From Octopus sinensis (Eukaryota), in assembly GCF_006345805.1 (NCBI RefSeq), contig NC_042997.1:141112001-141176000 (forward strand): a stretch of DNA of 64,000 bases, written 5' to 3'. Within the stretch, counting starts at the first letter, position 1; each line of letters opens with the position of its first letter. Both the position numbers and the translations under genes were made by a program. This document shows, in pieces, positions 26,178 through 40,572 of this stretch. The notes beneath the pieces were generated by a model. It had not been told where the DNA came from. It searched no databases and worked only from the letters and a program-made list of their open reading frames with translations.

Positions 26178-26929
26178 CAAACATACATATATATATATGT
26201 TTATGCGTATACATTTATATATCTCTGTGTATATAAGAATGTATATATGATTATATGAAAACATTTATGCACGGATGTATGAGAAAACACCCACACACAC
26301 ATGTAGTAGAGCTTGAGGCGTATTCCCCAACAAAGCACACACAACTGAATACATGTATTCATACAAACATGTGTATATGCGTAGAATATATATGTATGAT
26401 ATATGAGTGTCTGTATGTGTGTGTGTGTGAGTGCGTGTGCGCGTACATACATAGCAGCCCCGACATATATCATGAGCTAGTATTTAAGCTCATACACCTA
26501 TAAATATATAGAAATACGAACGCATTTACAGAAGCATACACACACACATATACGTATATATGCGTACACATCCACACACACATGCACCCAACACAAATAT
26601 AGGCATACATATTTATTAGCCATTTCTATTGTATATGATTTGTGTATGTGTGTGTATGTGTATGAATGCGTTTGTGCATATTAGATACTAAGTAAACTCA
26701 CTAGTCATAATGAGGAGCAATGATCCGAAAATGTACATTAATGAAGTTGCTGGATATATCAAAAGAATTATTCAAAAGATTGTAGTTGATGGGTTAAAAA
26801 CGATGCATTGTTTGAAAAAAAATTGTAAAACATACGTTGTTTATATTCAACCAGTACAAATCTGATAAGGCCATTTATTTTCTTTTGTTTCATCAAAATC
26901 GGTTTTCTCGATCAATCGGTTCTTAAAGC

Positions 26930-27200
26930 CATTTGATTCAAGAAATATATATCCAGCTTGCATTTATAGTGGCCCCGTTACCGTGCATTATCCACACACA
27001 TCCGCATAGAAGGACCCAGTTGAAACTGATAAATCTACATGCAATGGTAATATTTCCGACGTTTTCTTTCTTGTGAAAATTTTTGGACGCCCAGAGGCAA
27101 GTATTGGTCTGCAATAGAGATTGTAGGCAGAATGTTGGCATCGGGAAGGTTTCTTTAAATGCCAGCTAAGAGACATGAAGGAATTACCAGATTTATGCTC
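26930..27200 (-). mobile_element. Possible decayed LINE 3' end
   Basis: KCKLDIYFL resembles the FKxKLDxFL terminus of CR1-group ORF2. Confidence 0.3.
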
Positions 27201-27374
27201 CTAGCAAAATCATGCACTTGTTGGTTCTTTCTGAGTGAGTGTTCCGGCCGACCTGTTCAGTTCAAATTAGGTTCGATTGAAGGAGATTGTCCTTGAATAT
27301 TCGTGTCAATCCGCTAGGGACTTAGTCCAGCAGATGGGATGTGTTCATGATACAGACGCCTGTCACCTTCAGTC

Positions 27375-27470
27375 GATAAACAAATTCAGCTGAAACGATA
27401 CAGCGTGCTATTTCAACACGACAACGCTCGCTCTCACGTCGCTAATTTCGCCAAAACTGAGCTACTCAGA
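27375..27470 (+). mobile_element. Mariner transposase fragment
   Basis: Translates VLFQHDNARSHVANFAKTEL (HDNARPH motif). Confidence 0.8.
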
Positions 27471-30093
27471 TATAATTTATTCCAATTTGACACGCAATGG
27501 ACACATGCAGTCGCTGGTAGTGAGACTTAAATGTACCTACAATTTAAGCAGGTTAGAATGACAATTTCTATTAATTAGCATGATTGCGAGGGAATGAAGT
27601 GCATTTCTTCCTATATTCGTCAAGATAAACTCTTAACTTAGCATGACTCTCTCTCCCTATACACACTCACGCACACATACACACAAATACACACACACTC
27701 ACGCATATACATATATATAACCTTTGTTCAGTGTTTTCCCTAGATAGATAGAGAGAAAGAGAGAGGGAGAGAAAGAACAGTGAGAGAGGGGGAGATAGTC
27801 AATCATAGATTTACACAAAAACTAAATGTGCTTTCATATTTTCAGTTTTTTTTTTTTTGCAATTTCTTCTTTTACAAACGGAAAATAGCAACAATAAAAG
27901 ATAACGTACATCACTTTTGGCGCTTTGAAATGACTTTGAAATGAAACTTAAGTGAATACAAATTTTCCGTTGCATATTCAAAAATTTTTTCTCCTTGATG
28001 TTTTTCGCTATTATTAGTCTATTATTATTATTATTGCGTTGCTTTCTAATTAAGAATCATTGTCTCCGCAATTCTGTTGTTTTCAAGAATCCACTATTTT
28101 CTTGATAAAAATATCAACAATCCTATTTGAAATATGCCTGTTGAGTTTATTATATAAATATCATTCCGACAACTTTAAATGTCAAGTTGATGAATTAAAT
28201 TAGAATTTATTTTTCCATCTTTATTTATTTGAAATTAGAAACGAAAGTATTTTCGGCCAGAAATTAAGTTCTGATGATAAAATATTTTCAAAAGATCACG
28301 AAAAATGTATCTAGTTAACTGTCTGGTTGAAACATTATTACATTATCTAAATATTATGCTTTTATAGTATTTCGTTCCGATAAATTAGTATTGTTGTTGC
28401 TCTGTTTGCATGGTCAGTAAGTTTAAACCACGTCCAATGAGATTATGTTGCTGCGCCCCACTCTGTGCAAACTATGCAATTGCTAAATTCTGATAAGGTT
28501 TCATTGAATTATTGTAATAACCCAGTAGATAAAGTAATGACATTTTAGAGGAAAGCCATAAGTTTATGTTTAAATATTTCATCACGCCATTGTTTCGGTA
28601 ACATGGAAAATCAGTTGTGTCGGAGAAACAATGACAACGCGACGGAATAATTTCTTTGCTTGTTGAGGTCATATGATTTTAGAAACTCTGAGAGACATGA
28701 AAAAATCTTTTTTAATGGTGGGCCTCGAAGTATAGAAAGCTATAAATAATAGATTGTAAATATTGGGTTTAAAATCCCTGTGGATAGAAAATGTCGAAGA
28801 CAGCCCGTGGGACATGAACCTACATCTTCTGTTAACATGACAGACGACTTTGCCTTTCCGGGATTAATAAGACAATTATCTGGTCTTATTGAAGTTGTTT
28901 CGCTTGAGGCCAGCTCTGAATTATCAGACTTTTGATCAGTCCGCTCAAAACATCACAATACCCTCATTTAGGAGAAAACTGCGTATATAGGAATACCTTA
29001 AACGAATTGTTTATTCTTTTTATAAATTAGTAGGTGGTAATTTAATGTACATTTTGTTTTTTTTTCTTCCACATACAAACTCTCGGCTGTAGATAATGAA
29101 TTATATTTAATACGTTTGCTTCGCAGCTTCGTGGCTTCTAGTTCGATTTGACTGCAAAACACTTTGGTTAAGCATTTTGTACAATACATGTTTGCCAAAG
29201 TTTTGTGATAGAAATTTGATATGTGAAAACTACATGGATGAAGTTGGGTGTATCATTTGCATTCTTAAGTATCACTAGGTTTAACATTGCTAAAAGGTCC
29301 TTGAATGGCTTTATCAACTTTTGCTCCCATTTGTCTCTGAAGCCTGCTTGAATGTAGCGATTCGCCTTACACGTACAGCGGTCGGATCATTGGCTATCAT
29401 CCCATTTCTAAATACATGTCATCTACTTGAGTCGGACACAGATCATTAGGTAATAGAAAAACATAGCTTCTCTACCAATTGCCTTGCGAATATATTTTAT
29501 TGAAACCTCCTTGCATCACCCTTGATTCATTATTTCTGGATTGTCTTTAAAAGTAAAGTCATGAGTAGACTTCATAAATCACCAAAAGGTTTTGTACCTG
29601 TAATGTATTTAAAGGACAGATAATAGGAAATTGTGATCGTGAATTTCCAAAAGAATTAGTAACGTAAGTGAAGTAAAATTAGCGATGAAAAGTAAAGTGA
29701 AATAATCTCATACAAATGGTGAAATCAAATTTCGGGCATGGTTAACAGGAAGCTTGTCTTTTACGACCATTGCTTTAATCAGTCACCCTTATAGCATATA
29801 CGCATCATACACTTACACAAGTATGCCATGCAAATAACAGATACGTACACACATATATATATATACATTTATATTTATATTTATATTCATGTTTTTTATA
29901 ATAATTACTGGTATCCTTATATATTACTATATTTTATATTTTATAGCGTATATTTAAAGAATAATATGCTATATGTATGTTATTATAATTATCAGTTTAA
30001 TAAATAAATAAGTTAACATAATTTAATGTCCAAAAGTTTATGAACCACCTATTGTTATTCTCCATTTTCTTATTTGCTATATATATATACACA

Positions 30094-30335
30094 CAATTGC
30101 AGCGTGGAAGGTGTTTATAAGCCATTTAAGAAACACACAAAAGCCGTTCGATTCACTTCAACATTTAAGTTTAATTTGTCAAAATATTTTCGTCGCTAAA
30201 ATCTGCGACCTGTTCACTGACAAAAATCCGTGCTGCGAAAATACTTTGACAAATTAAACTTAAATGTTGAAGTGAATCGAACGGCTTTTGTGTGTTTCTT
30301 AAATTGGCTTATAAACACCTTTCACGCTGCAATTG
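30094..30335. repeat. About 100-bp near-perfect inverted repeat (30094-30192 / 30236-30335) around a variant HHR; PLE-type end
   Basis: CAATTGCAGCGTGGAAGGTGTTTATAAGCC... is mirrored by ...GGCTTATAAACACCTTTCACGCTGCAATTG. Flanked by (TA)n. Confidence 0.9.
30175..30224 (-). ncRNA. Type I hammerhead motif with G3-C8 swapped core
   Basis: Minus strand TTTGTCA-GTGAACA-G-GTCGC(AGATTTTA)GCGAC-GAA-AATATT-T-TGACAAA. Confidence 0.62.
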
Positions 30336-30392
30336 TTTAGGTTTCAGCACACGATCTCAGATGGAATTACTTGCTATGCGAGTACATCTCCG

Positions 30393-30483
<91 letters not shown>

Positions 30484-30696
30484 CTGCAGAAACCTACAAG
30501 TTTTTTTCATTCTCTCTCTGTTTATTTACTCTTATTCCTTTTTGTTGAAGAGCGTAGGTTCGAAACGTAAAAGACTTTTTCATTTTTCCCGTGCGTCAGG
30601 CTAATAAACTTGCTTGTTGTTCATACACTTGTCTTCGTGTTTTGTTTTTCAATAAATTTCAACTACGTATGTTTGTGTGTGTTTGTTCGTGCGTGC

Positions 30697-30736
<40 letters not shown>

Positions 30737-31339
30737 ACGTACGCATATACATGTGTATACACGAACACACGCCTTTTTTTAATTTGGAAAAATAATAATT
30801 CTTATAACATTTTTTAAAGATAACTTTCAGTTGAAATTAACCTTACACAAAAAAAATTCAATCATTTGGATTACGATTTTTTGAAAAATGTTAAAAAAAT
30901 TAACATTATTGAAGAGAAACAAAAATATGGAACAGCACGATTAACATCAACAGCACCAGCAGCATCGATAGAAGCAACAGCGACAGCAACAGTATGCAAA
31001 AGTATAATAAAGCATAAAACAGACTTTGAAGGATAGTGAAAGCGTTTAGTGCACGTTTATATGGCACCAGAAATGAATTTCTTCAGATCCCGACAACGGT
31101 ATTCCATGATTTCCTCGTTTTAATGAAATATAATGAAATAAAAATATGAAACATCATAAAATTGACAGGAAAATAAAGGAATCTTTTCTTCATTTTTTAT
31201 TCTTTTTGGGAGCAATGTAATGAAGACAATGAAACAAAAACCTATTTCTTTCTCATTGCTTTGAAGAATGCGCTTTGAAAAATATATTCTCATTAATAAT
31301 GTCATCATCATCATCATCATCATCATCATCTTTTAGGAT

Positions 31340-32150
31340 GAAATATGGGGTGGAAGAGTTAAGTTGATTACATCAATCCGAGTGCTCAACTAGTGCTTAT
31401 TTTATCATTCAGAAAGAATGAAAGACACAGTCGACCACGGCGGAATTTGAACTCAGAACGTAAACATGGACGAAATGCCGCTAAGCATTTCCCCGGTGCG
31501 CTAACAATTCTAAGAGCTGGACACCTTCAGGAAACCTATAAATATTGTTTTCAAATTTTGGCGCAAATCCAGCAAGTTCAGGAGATGGGGAAAGTCGATT
31601 ACATCGACCCCGGTGTCTAAGCAGTACTTATTTTATCGACCTCATAGATAAAACACAAAGACGACCTCGGCGGAATTTGAACTCAGAAAGCAAAGACGGA
31701 CGAGAGATCGCTAAACATTTCGACTGGCGTGCAAACGATTCTGTCAATAATGGTTTCAAATTTCGGCACAAGGTCAGCAATGATTAGGAGAGTGTTTACG
31801 TCGACTGCAGTGATGAATTGGTACTTATTTTATCGCCCTGAAAGGATGAAAGGTGAAGTCGATGTCGGTGGAATTTCATCTGTGAATATAATAAACCGGA
31901 GCAAATATCACAAAGTATTTTGCCCTATTGGTTCACTTTAATGTGTTTTTTTATTACTTAAGAACAAGGCCAGCAGTTTTGAAAGAAAGAGGAACAGTCG
32001 GCCTTTGTACTTGACTGGTACTTTATTTTATCGACCTTGAACTGATGAACGGTTATGTTTACCCCAGTGCGATTTGAAGTCAGAACGTAAAGAGCTGAAA
32101 AACGAAACACCGTAAAGCATTTTCTCCGATGCTCTAACGATTCTGGGGTG
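31340..32150 (-). mobile_element. Cluster of about 4 SINE family A copies
   Basis: Repeated GAATTTGAACTCAGAA and GGTACTTATTTTATCGAC motifs. Confidence 0.85.
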
Positions 32151-32877
32151 TTGGATTAACGAACTCTATACAGGCAGGTTACATAAAGTTACATAGGGGG
32201 GTTACATACAGAAACCGAATGAAGTAAACAAAAAAAACAATAAAAATTATATATAGTACAAAATGAATGTTGTCACACTTTCACAGCTACAGAAGAATCA
32301 CCAACTAAAGCCATTCAAGGAATGCCATTGGTCCAGGATCTCCCTGACCACCAAAAGCAAGTGCTCTCTTCCAACAATCATTTTCCAATTTACGGATGCA
32401 TATTGAAAGTAAGCGCATCTCAGGTCGTTGTCCCAGCATGACCGAAGTCTAATGGCTGAAACAAGTAAAAAGATAAAAGGTAAAAGAGATATATTCTTGT
32501 TACATTCGCCAGTCTCTCACCTCATAATAAATTTACTGAAAAATAATTTCCTGTCCGCCCTTAACTTCTTTTCTGAGTGGAACTTGAAAAAGTCAACGAG
32601 AGCAGACTGAAGATTAATATTGTTATAATGTACTAGAGAACATATATTAAGATTTATTAGCCAATCCTCTGTGTTACGACGGATGTAAACACTATATCTG
32701 TTCAATACGCCGGAGGAATGAAAAGCAGGAACATCTTTATAGGCACATTTCAATCTTAGTCGAGACCGTCGTCAACATGTGTGCACAAATGGTCCTATAT
32801 TGGGCACTGAGTCGTCGAAACGACGCACCTCTCCCCTACGATTGCTGGACTTGTGCCAAAATTTGAAACACCTGAAA

Positions 32878-32942
<65 letters not shown>

Positions 32943-32949
32943 GCAAAAC

Positions 32950-33405
32950 TTGAAGGCGGCGAGCTGACTGGCTAGTTAGTACGCCGAACATAACGTTGGG
33001 GTAAACATAACCTTTCATCGTCAATCTTTAAGTTCAAATTCAACCGAGGTCGACTTTGCTTTCATGCCTTCGGGATCGATAAAATTAAATACCAGTTGAA
33101 CACGGCGTCGATGCATTCGACTTACTCCCTTCTCGCTAATTGTTAACCTTGTGTAAAAATTTGAAGTTATTGTTATATAAGAGCCCCTTTAAGGAGGTGA
33201 GCTGTCAGACTCATTAGCATACCGAGAAAAATGCTTATCGGCTATTCGTCAGTCTTTACGTTCTGAGTTCAATTTCCGTCAAGGTCGACTTTGCCGTTTA
33301 TTCTTTTGGGATCGATAAAATAAGTACCAATTGATCACCGGTGTCGATGTAATCGACTAGCGCTCACCTCGAAAATTACAGGCCTTGTGCCTATAGTTGA
33401 AAGGT
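32950..33405 (+). mobile_element. Two SINE family A copies
   Basis: GGCGGCGAGCTG... and GGAGGTGAGCTG... heads with GTCGACTTTGC cores. Confidence 0.85.
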
Positions 33406-33421
33406 TTATATAAAGCCACTT

Positions 33422-33459
<38 letters not shown>

Positions 33460-34075
33460 ATGTACTCAGAAACACACACAAACTCCCAATCATACAAAAC
33501 GCACAATTTCATAAATGCTCTTTCAGAAAGTGCTGCCTATTTAGAGAGAAAATATGTCGATCTTGCAAAGTTCAACGAAAACTTGATCCTACTTCACACG
33601 CTGGCTGTGGCAATCTACATTGTATCTTAAGAGAAGACAAAAAGAAAAAAAGAAAAAAAACACACACGCATATTTAATGAACTCTACAAATAGCTTTTGG
33701 TGCGTAGCATATTGGATCACATGGCTTTAACATATTTCTTTGAATAAAAATATGTATGCCTTCATTTATAATTTTCTTTAATGGTATTAGCATCAATAAA
33801 ATTTGCTATCAAGATTAAAATTGTCAGCAACTAGTAAAAAATAAATCGCCTTCCTTGACTTTAATAAAAGCGTTGTCAGCTTCGTTAGACATTAGCTATT
33901 CACAAAACTCTGTTGATGATAAATGACATAGTGTAGATCATCAGGAATGAATGAAATAACATTAGGATAACGTTTGTCTTCTCAAGAGAGAGGTTCTGCA
34001 TTTTCCTTCGTATGTAATCTATCCTTTTCTAGTACGTTCTTGGAATGGCAATGTTTCATGCATATCTTTTATCTT

Positions 34076-34460
34076 TAAGGCGGCGAGCTGGTAGAATCGT
34101 TAGCATGCCGGGCGAAATGCTTAGCGGTATTTCGTTTGCCGCTACCTTCTGAGTTCAAATTCCGCCGAGGTTGACTTTGCCTTTGATCCTTTCGGGGTCG
34201 ATTAAATAAGTATCAGTTACGCACTGGGATCGATATAATCGACTTAATCCGTTTGTCTGTGCTTGTTTGTCCTCTCTGTGTTTAGCCTCTTGTGGGTAGT
34301 AAAGAAATAGGTATTTCGTCTGCTGCTACGTTCTGAGTTCAATTTCCGCCGAGGTCGACTTTGTCTTTCATCCTTTCGGGGTCGATAAAGTACCAGTAGC
34401 GTATTGAGGTCGACTGACCCCCTACCCCAAAATTTCGGGCCTTGTGCTTAGAGTAGAAAA
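34076..34460 (+). mobile_element. Dimeric SINE family A, well preserved
   Basis: AAGGCGGCGAGCTGGTAGAATCGTTAGC head, then a second body joined via GTGGGTAGTAAAGAAATAGGTATTTCG. Confidence 0.9.
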
Positions 34461-34585
34461 GTTTTTTTATGCCGAATTGTTAGATTGAGGGGGCATTAAA
34501 CAAACCAACACCGGTTTTCAAACAGAGGGATGACAAACACAGATACAAAGACACAGACACATACATACATACATACATACATACA

Positions 34586-34653
<68 letters not shown>

Positions 34654-34669
34654 GTGTGTGTGTGTGTGT

Positions 34670-34972
34670 GGAGGCGCAATGGCCCAGTGGTTAGGGCAGC
34701 GGACTCGCGGTCGTAGGATCGCGGTTTCGATTCCCAGACCGGGCGTTGTGAGTGTTTATTGAGCGAAAACACCTAAAAAAGCTCCACGTGGCTCCGGCAG
34801 CTCCCTGCTGTACTCTTTCACCACTCTTTCTCCCACTCTTTCTTCTGTTGGCGTTGGCCTGCTCGCTTAGCCAGCGGGGTGGCGTCATTCGAAGGCTAAA
34901 ACAATGCGAACGCATTGTGACCAGCGATGTGTAACTACATCTGATGGACTGGTCGGTCACGTGATCACGTGA
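34670..34972 (+). mobile_element. SINE family B
   Basis: Matches 15222-15506. Confidence 0.9.
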
Positions 34973-35007
34973 TATATATATATATATATATATATGCATA
35001 TGCATAT

Positions 35008-35170
35008 GACGAGTTTCCACACCGGTTCTATCCACCAAATCCACTCACAAAGCATTGGTCAGCCCTAGGTTATAGTTTAGAGACACTTGACCAAAGTGCC
35101 GCGTAGTGGGGGACTGAACCCCAAACCACGTGATTTCAAAGCGAGCTTTTTAACCACAATACTATGCTTG
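35008..35170 (-). mobile_element. tRNA-headed SINE head region, same family as 52937-53082
   Basis: CCACCAAATCCACTCACAAAGC...GACACTTGACCAAAGTGCCGCGTAGTGGGGGACTGAACCC. Confidence 0.75.
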
Positions 35171-35475
35171 TCATGTTTGTTGTTGTTGTTGTTGTTGTTG
35201 TTGTTTTCTACTGGATAGCCTTCGGCTAGAAGATTTGTCTCTTCATGCGTCAAAAGTCTGTAATGTCTTCGTTGTATCTTCTGACTTTTCTTTTTTCTTT
35301 TACTTTTCTAATAATTAATTAACCTAATTTTATCGTGTTTGATTGGCACATGGGAGTGTACAGAACTGATTTATTTTTTGTCCATCGTCGCACTTTTAAA
35401 AGGTAGGGTGTGTTTCTTTTCCGGAGTGAAATTCAATTTGTTATACTTTTGGAACACACGCACACATTCACACAC

Positions 35476-35547
<72 letters not shown>

Positions 35548-35876
35548 TATGTTATATTGTATTATATTCTATATGTATGTGTATGTGTAGGAGTTAAAAA
35601 AAATTAATTAAAACAAATGACTAAGAGTGGCCAAGAACATTTATTTGAGCAAGAAAAACGAATAAAGTGGTATTAAATACCAGACAAGATTATTTCTTGA
35701 TTTAGTAAAATCATCTTCTAGAGAAGGTAAAACAATAGCCCCTAACCCTCCCAACCCTATTCCTTGTGGAAATTGGGTTTAAATTCCAAATGATCCAGGG
35801 AGACGATCTAAAAAATTATGAATTTTCCAAATTTGCTATGGCATTAAGACAAAGCGTGTTTGGAAGAAAAGGACAC

Positions 35877-35919
35877 CTGTTAACACGTGTTTCAATCTCA
35901 ACAAGCCTCATCGGCACAG
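35877..35919 (-). ncRNA. Degenerate hammerhead motif
   Basis: Minus strand CTGTG-CCGATGA-GGC...ATT-GAAACACGTGTT-AACAG; stem II eroded. Confidence 0.35.
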
Positions 35920-36291
35920 CTGTTGACTCCAGCAGACGAGATTCTCAGGCACTTACAAGACATGTATGAGTGTGTGTAGGTGTATATGTGTGTGTGTGTT
36001 GTGAGTGTGTGTGCGTATGTGTGTGTGTTTGTGTAGTGTGTATGTGTGTGTGAGACTGCGTGTATGTATACGTGTGTGTGTTTGTGTGTGTGTATGCTAG
36101 ATTTAATATATATACACTAACTGAATCCCGAAAACAATTCAATTTATATATATATACATATACATATATATATTAATAAATAATAATAATTACAACTATC
36201 AGTGGTTTATAGTTTAACTACTCTTTCTAGCGAGTCACATGTCCTATTATGGTCATCTCTTGTGTTTGACTGTACACTGTATATACATACG

Positions 36292-36392
<101 letters not shown>

Positions 36393-36919
36393 GAATAAGA
36401 AACGCGTGTTTCTGGAAACTAAGTCATCTCATATGCAATGAATTACCGCATTTAGCAGACGAAGAACAGAGATATAGAGATTAAATTTTCCCTAATGTAT
36501 GAACACATTCGCTCAAAGAAAACCACAAAATGCGTGGTGTCAATATTTAGTTGACACGTCACACAATTCTAATCCACAACGATTTACTTCAGAATACAAA
36601 TGAACAAATACAGAACTTGCGTATAAGATGGAACTCAGAAAGTATAAATGAGTGTAACTATTTTCAATGTACACCACGAGCGCTTCAAGAACTCCGTTTT
36701 CTTGAACACTTTTGCTATGTATTAAGGATGTTAGGCATGTTTCCTAGTTAGATAATTATTAATAAATACACTAATATGAAATCATTAGTTATAGACTTTT
36801 TACATAAATAACACTAAAACACACACATATGTATAAGTAGATAACGCTAATTTTTAAGTACAATTACCGTTGGGGGTTGTGAGGTTATGATGTATTTTAA
36901 ACAAATGAGAGATAGTAAT

Positions 36920-37723
36920 AATGGCTTCAAATTTTGGCACAAGGCCAGCAAGTTCGGTGGAGGGAGTAAGTTGATTACATCGATCTCAAAGTTCAACTGG
37001 TATTTATTTTATCGACACCAAAAGTGATATAATGGATGACAAATAATGATTAACGACGGCAGTAAACATTGCATAAATTTCCAGTGCAAAATGGCGAACT
37101 GTAACTTCAATTGTCCGCGATGCACAATGAACTGTCTATACCACAGTAAGCGTGCTAAGGCGAACAAAGGAAATCTACAACAATGAGCCGATTTATATCT
37201 AACGTCGCCTGATACAGTCAATAAAGTGTCCCCTCGGACGAATCAACGTAAACTTAAATGATAAGCGTGTCCATTGATTGGGTGATACTTAATAAACAAT
37301 GTTTTGTGTCGAGACAACTGGAGTTGTCTCAGAAAGAATAAAAGGCAAAGTCGACTTCGGCGGAATTGGAACTCAGAACGTAGATACAGACAAAATATTG
37401 TATTGACAATTCTCCTGCTCACCACCTTAGGGATGGTAATAGACATATAGTATTAACAACTGGTGTGGCACAAATTGACAAAAAATTATGTAACTTAATT
37501 AAAAGGAAGCAAGCTGTAATGGCAAATCTACATTTGTCACAATATAATTGTTTCTCCAAATTACAATACATTAGAACTATTCCTCAAAACGAAAGCCGTC
37601 AGTATAGCTTTCCTTACCCAGTCGATGTCGCCAATACATACTTCCCAGTCTTCATCACAGTTTCTCTTCTAACAATACACATTCACAATATATGCATATA
37701 AATATGTATATGTGTGTAGGTAT

Positions 37724-37762
<39 letters not shown>

Positions 37763-37965
37763 GTATATATGTGAGATATATACATTCATACATACATATA
37801 TACTCATGCAAACACACATATATACATGTACAAATTCGCCGAGGTCGACATTGCTTTTCATCCTTCCAGGGTCGATGAATTAAGTACCAGTTGCATACTG
37901 GGATCGATCTAGTCGACTGGCCCCCATCCCCAAAATTTTGGGCTTTGTGCCTAGAGTAGAAAATA
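36920..37965. mobile_element. SINE family A pieces (36920-37020 minus, 37270-37430 minus, 37835-37965 plus)
   Basis: Family diagnostic motifs. Confidence 0.75.
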
Positions 37966-39305
37966 ATATTTATGTCAGAGAAACTTAAAGAAACTTCTGT
38001 CTTAAAATATACAGGGATTTTTTTTATGTCGTTGTCAAATCATGAGTCACAGTGTTTCTATCTTACTTGGTGTCCTCTGTGGCGAACCACTTCCCCACTG
38101 AATATTCTGCGCTAAATCAAAAAAATATTCATTCTGATATATAAACCAGTAAGCAAAACTTTCTCTGATGTGTGGTGAAGCTCACCAGACTAACATTATG
38201 CACACTTTAAACAACATTACATTAAAATAACGATGTGCATAACATTTATATTGTCTATAAAAATATGGAACAACGCTTGCTGTAGTTCTTTATCTCTGAA
38301 AAACGTTTTAAAAGTACTTTTTTGTTAAAACATACAGAGCTCACTCAGAATGTCGTCAACGATGGCAGATCACTGGACACGGTGTCTCGACCTAGTCTGG
38401 TCTTCTCCGTGATGGACACAATCCAACTACATAGTAATATCCTGTAATAATTTCAATGGTTACATGATGTATTCGAAACAATGACACTGTGGATTGCATT
38501 TAGTTTAACAGAGTACTCATGTGCCACAGATATACTCAAACAGGTTTGAACTGGTGTTAAACAACAATAACAAAAATAGTAATCATATAGTCTTAACGAA
38601 AGCAACTAGCGATGAAAATCAGGCGGTATAACAACAGTAATATCCATAACCGCTACCACTGTAACATAAGTAAAGACAACAACAAAAGCAACAACAATCC
38701 CGTTTGTAGCAACAATTCTTACAATATCAACTGCTATCACAGCTCTAACATACACAAGAAAATATTGCATTTATGATGGTTTTTCTATATTACTAAACCA
38801 AGCAATCTTACTTATTCCTGCCAGTTAATCCCTTTCTTAGTTCGGCTTAAAGGTATCGAATTTCTGTCGTAAAGCACTGTATAACTTTCGTTTTTTTCCT
38901 GGTGATATTGACTGAAAGTAGATGCCATTCTGATTCCCGACATATTTTGCTCGTAAAAAGCTTTCTTAAAACAACAAAATTCGTCTTTCGTTATTATCAT
39001 CTATATTGTATTTTATGGTTAATGATGTCGATATCTACGGCCTAACGAACTATACAACGATCTTTGGTTTAAGGATAATGGAATTTTCTGGAGTTCAGTT
39101 AGCTGAAGGATATGGAGATTTACATGAACGTTCATATACACAACGAAAAACTACTATGTACATGTTTACTGAGTTTATCTACTATAATATTCATTCTGTT
39201 CATATATTCAATAACACACGCACAAAACACACACACATACATACGCATGTGTGTGTATATATATATACACTTATGTATGTGTATGTATATATATACATAC
39301 ATACA

Positions 39306-39341
<36 letters not shown>

Positions 39342-39460
39342 TATAATGATAGAAGGAAACGAGTCAAAAGTAATGGAGATGCTTTTTCATTTATTTACAC
39401 AGATATAAAAAAAAGTTTGGATTTTCCTAGGGAATGAGATATAATACTGCTTGTATTCTT

Positions 39461-39491
<31 letters not shown>

Positions 39492-40539
39492 TCTAGCTAT
39501 TTATTTATTTATTTAGTTGTGTAGCGCTGGAGATTGAAACTTTCTTGCAGCTTAAGAAGGGAGTAATCACATTCTTTTATAGTTGACTGGGATGTAGATT
39601 GTCGCTAGCAGGTCATCGAGGTCATGTGATAGTGAAAACTAATTATAGGCCATAGTTTCAAGCTAAAAAATTGTGCAATTGAGATGATTGCGTGCACCCA
39701 TATGTAAATGTGAGTGCTTCAACATAGGTAGTGATATATGATACGTACGTACGCACGCGCGCACACACACACATACACACACAAATATATACAAAATTTT
39801 GAATTTAATTCGTTAATCGGTTCAGGCCAGTATAACATTAAGCATGGAAGGTTCATTTCTTGTTCTGGATTTCGTTTCGCTTTATGTTTATTTAATAATA
39901 TTTCAATAACTATGCTTTATATTTGCGCATGCATAGAAGTGAGTAGCCGCAGTTCGCCCTGCACTGCACAAAAGAGGCTGACGTGGAGTTAAGCAGCAGT
40001 AAAAGGGACAATAAAATGCAATATAAGATGTGTAATTTTCCGACTAGATGACTATAATATTCCGTTTTCCGATCGACTCATTTTTAATTTCTGTTGAGAA
40101 TTCCTACATTATCTATAGACATCCGCAAACATATTGAAGACTGCAATTATTCCCTTCTAACTTCAATCACGAGAGAATAAAAGATAAATAATCTGACTCT
40201 ACAATTATCTAGAAGCTTAATCCCACAGAGATGAAAAGTATCGATGATAAAATGTCTCACCTCCATTCTTCAGAATAACAGGAAACGGCTATAAATGTAA
40301 CCAAGTATGGCAGTCAACAATTAGGAACTTTTAATATGACGCGCCCATCATTCACAGCACAAAGAGGAAAATACAAAGTAAATAAGTAAAGCGACGCATT
40401 GAAAAATTCCCGACTATTTTCACTTATGAGATATTAGTCAATTCAGAGCTGTAATATAAGATTCTTGCCGAAAGTGTCATGAAGTGAGGCCGAAATTTGA
40501 ACCTTAGGGCATGGATATGAAAAGTTTTTGCACGGCTGT

Positions 40540-40572
40540 TTTGGCGCCGCCTGATTGGCGTCGCTGATTCGA
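40540..40572. promoter_or_regulatory. E2F-like site (TTTGGCGC) next to an inverted CCAAT box (CTGATTGGC)
   Basis: Motif match in a short CpG-rich patch. No transcript evidence. Confidence 0.25.

Noticed and set aside
38338-38445. GC-richer exon-like patch
   Set aside because: No frame gives a clean acceptor-to-donor open exon that I can recognise.
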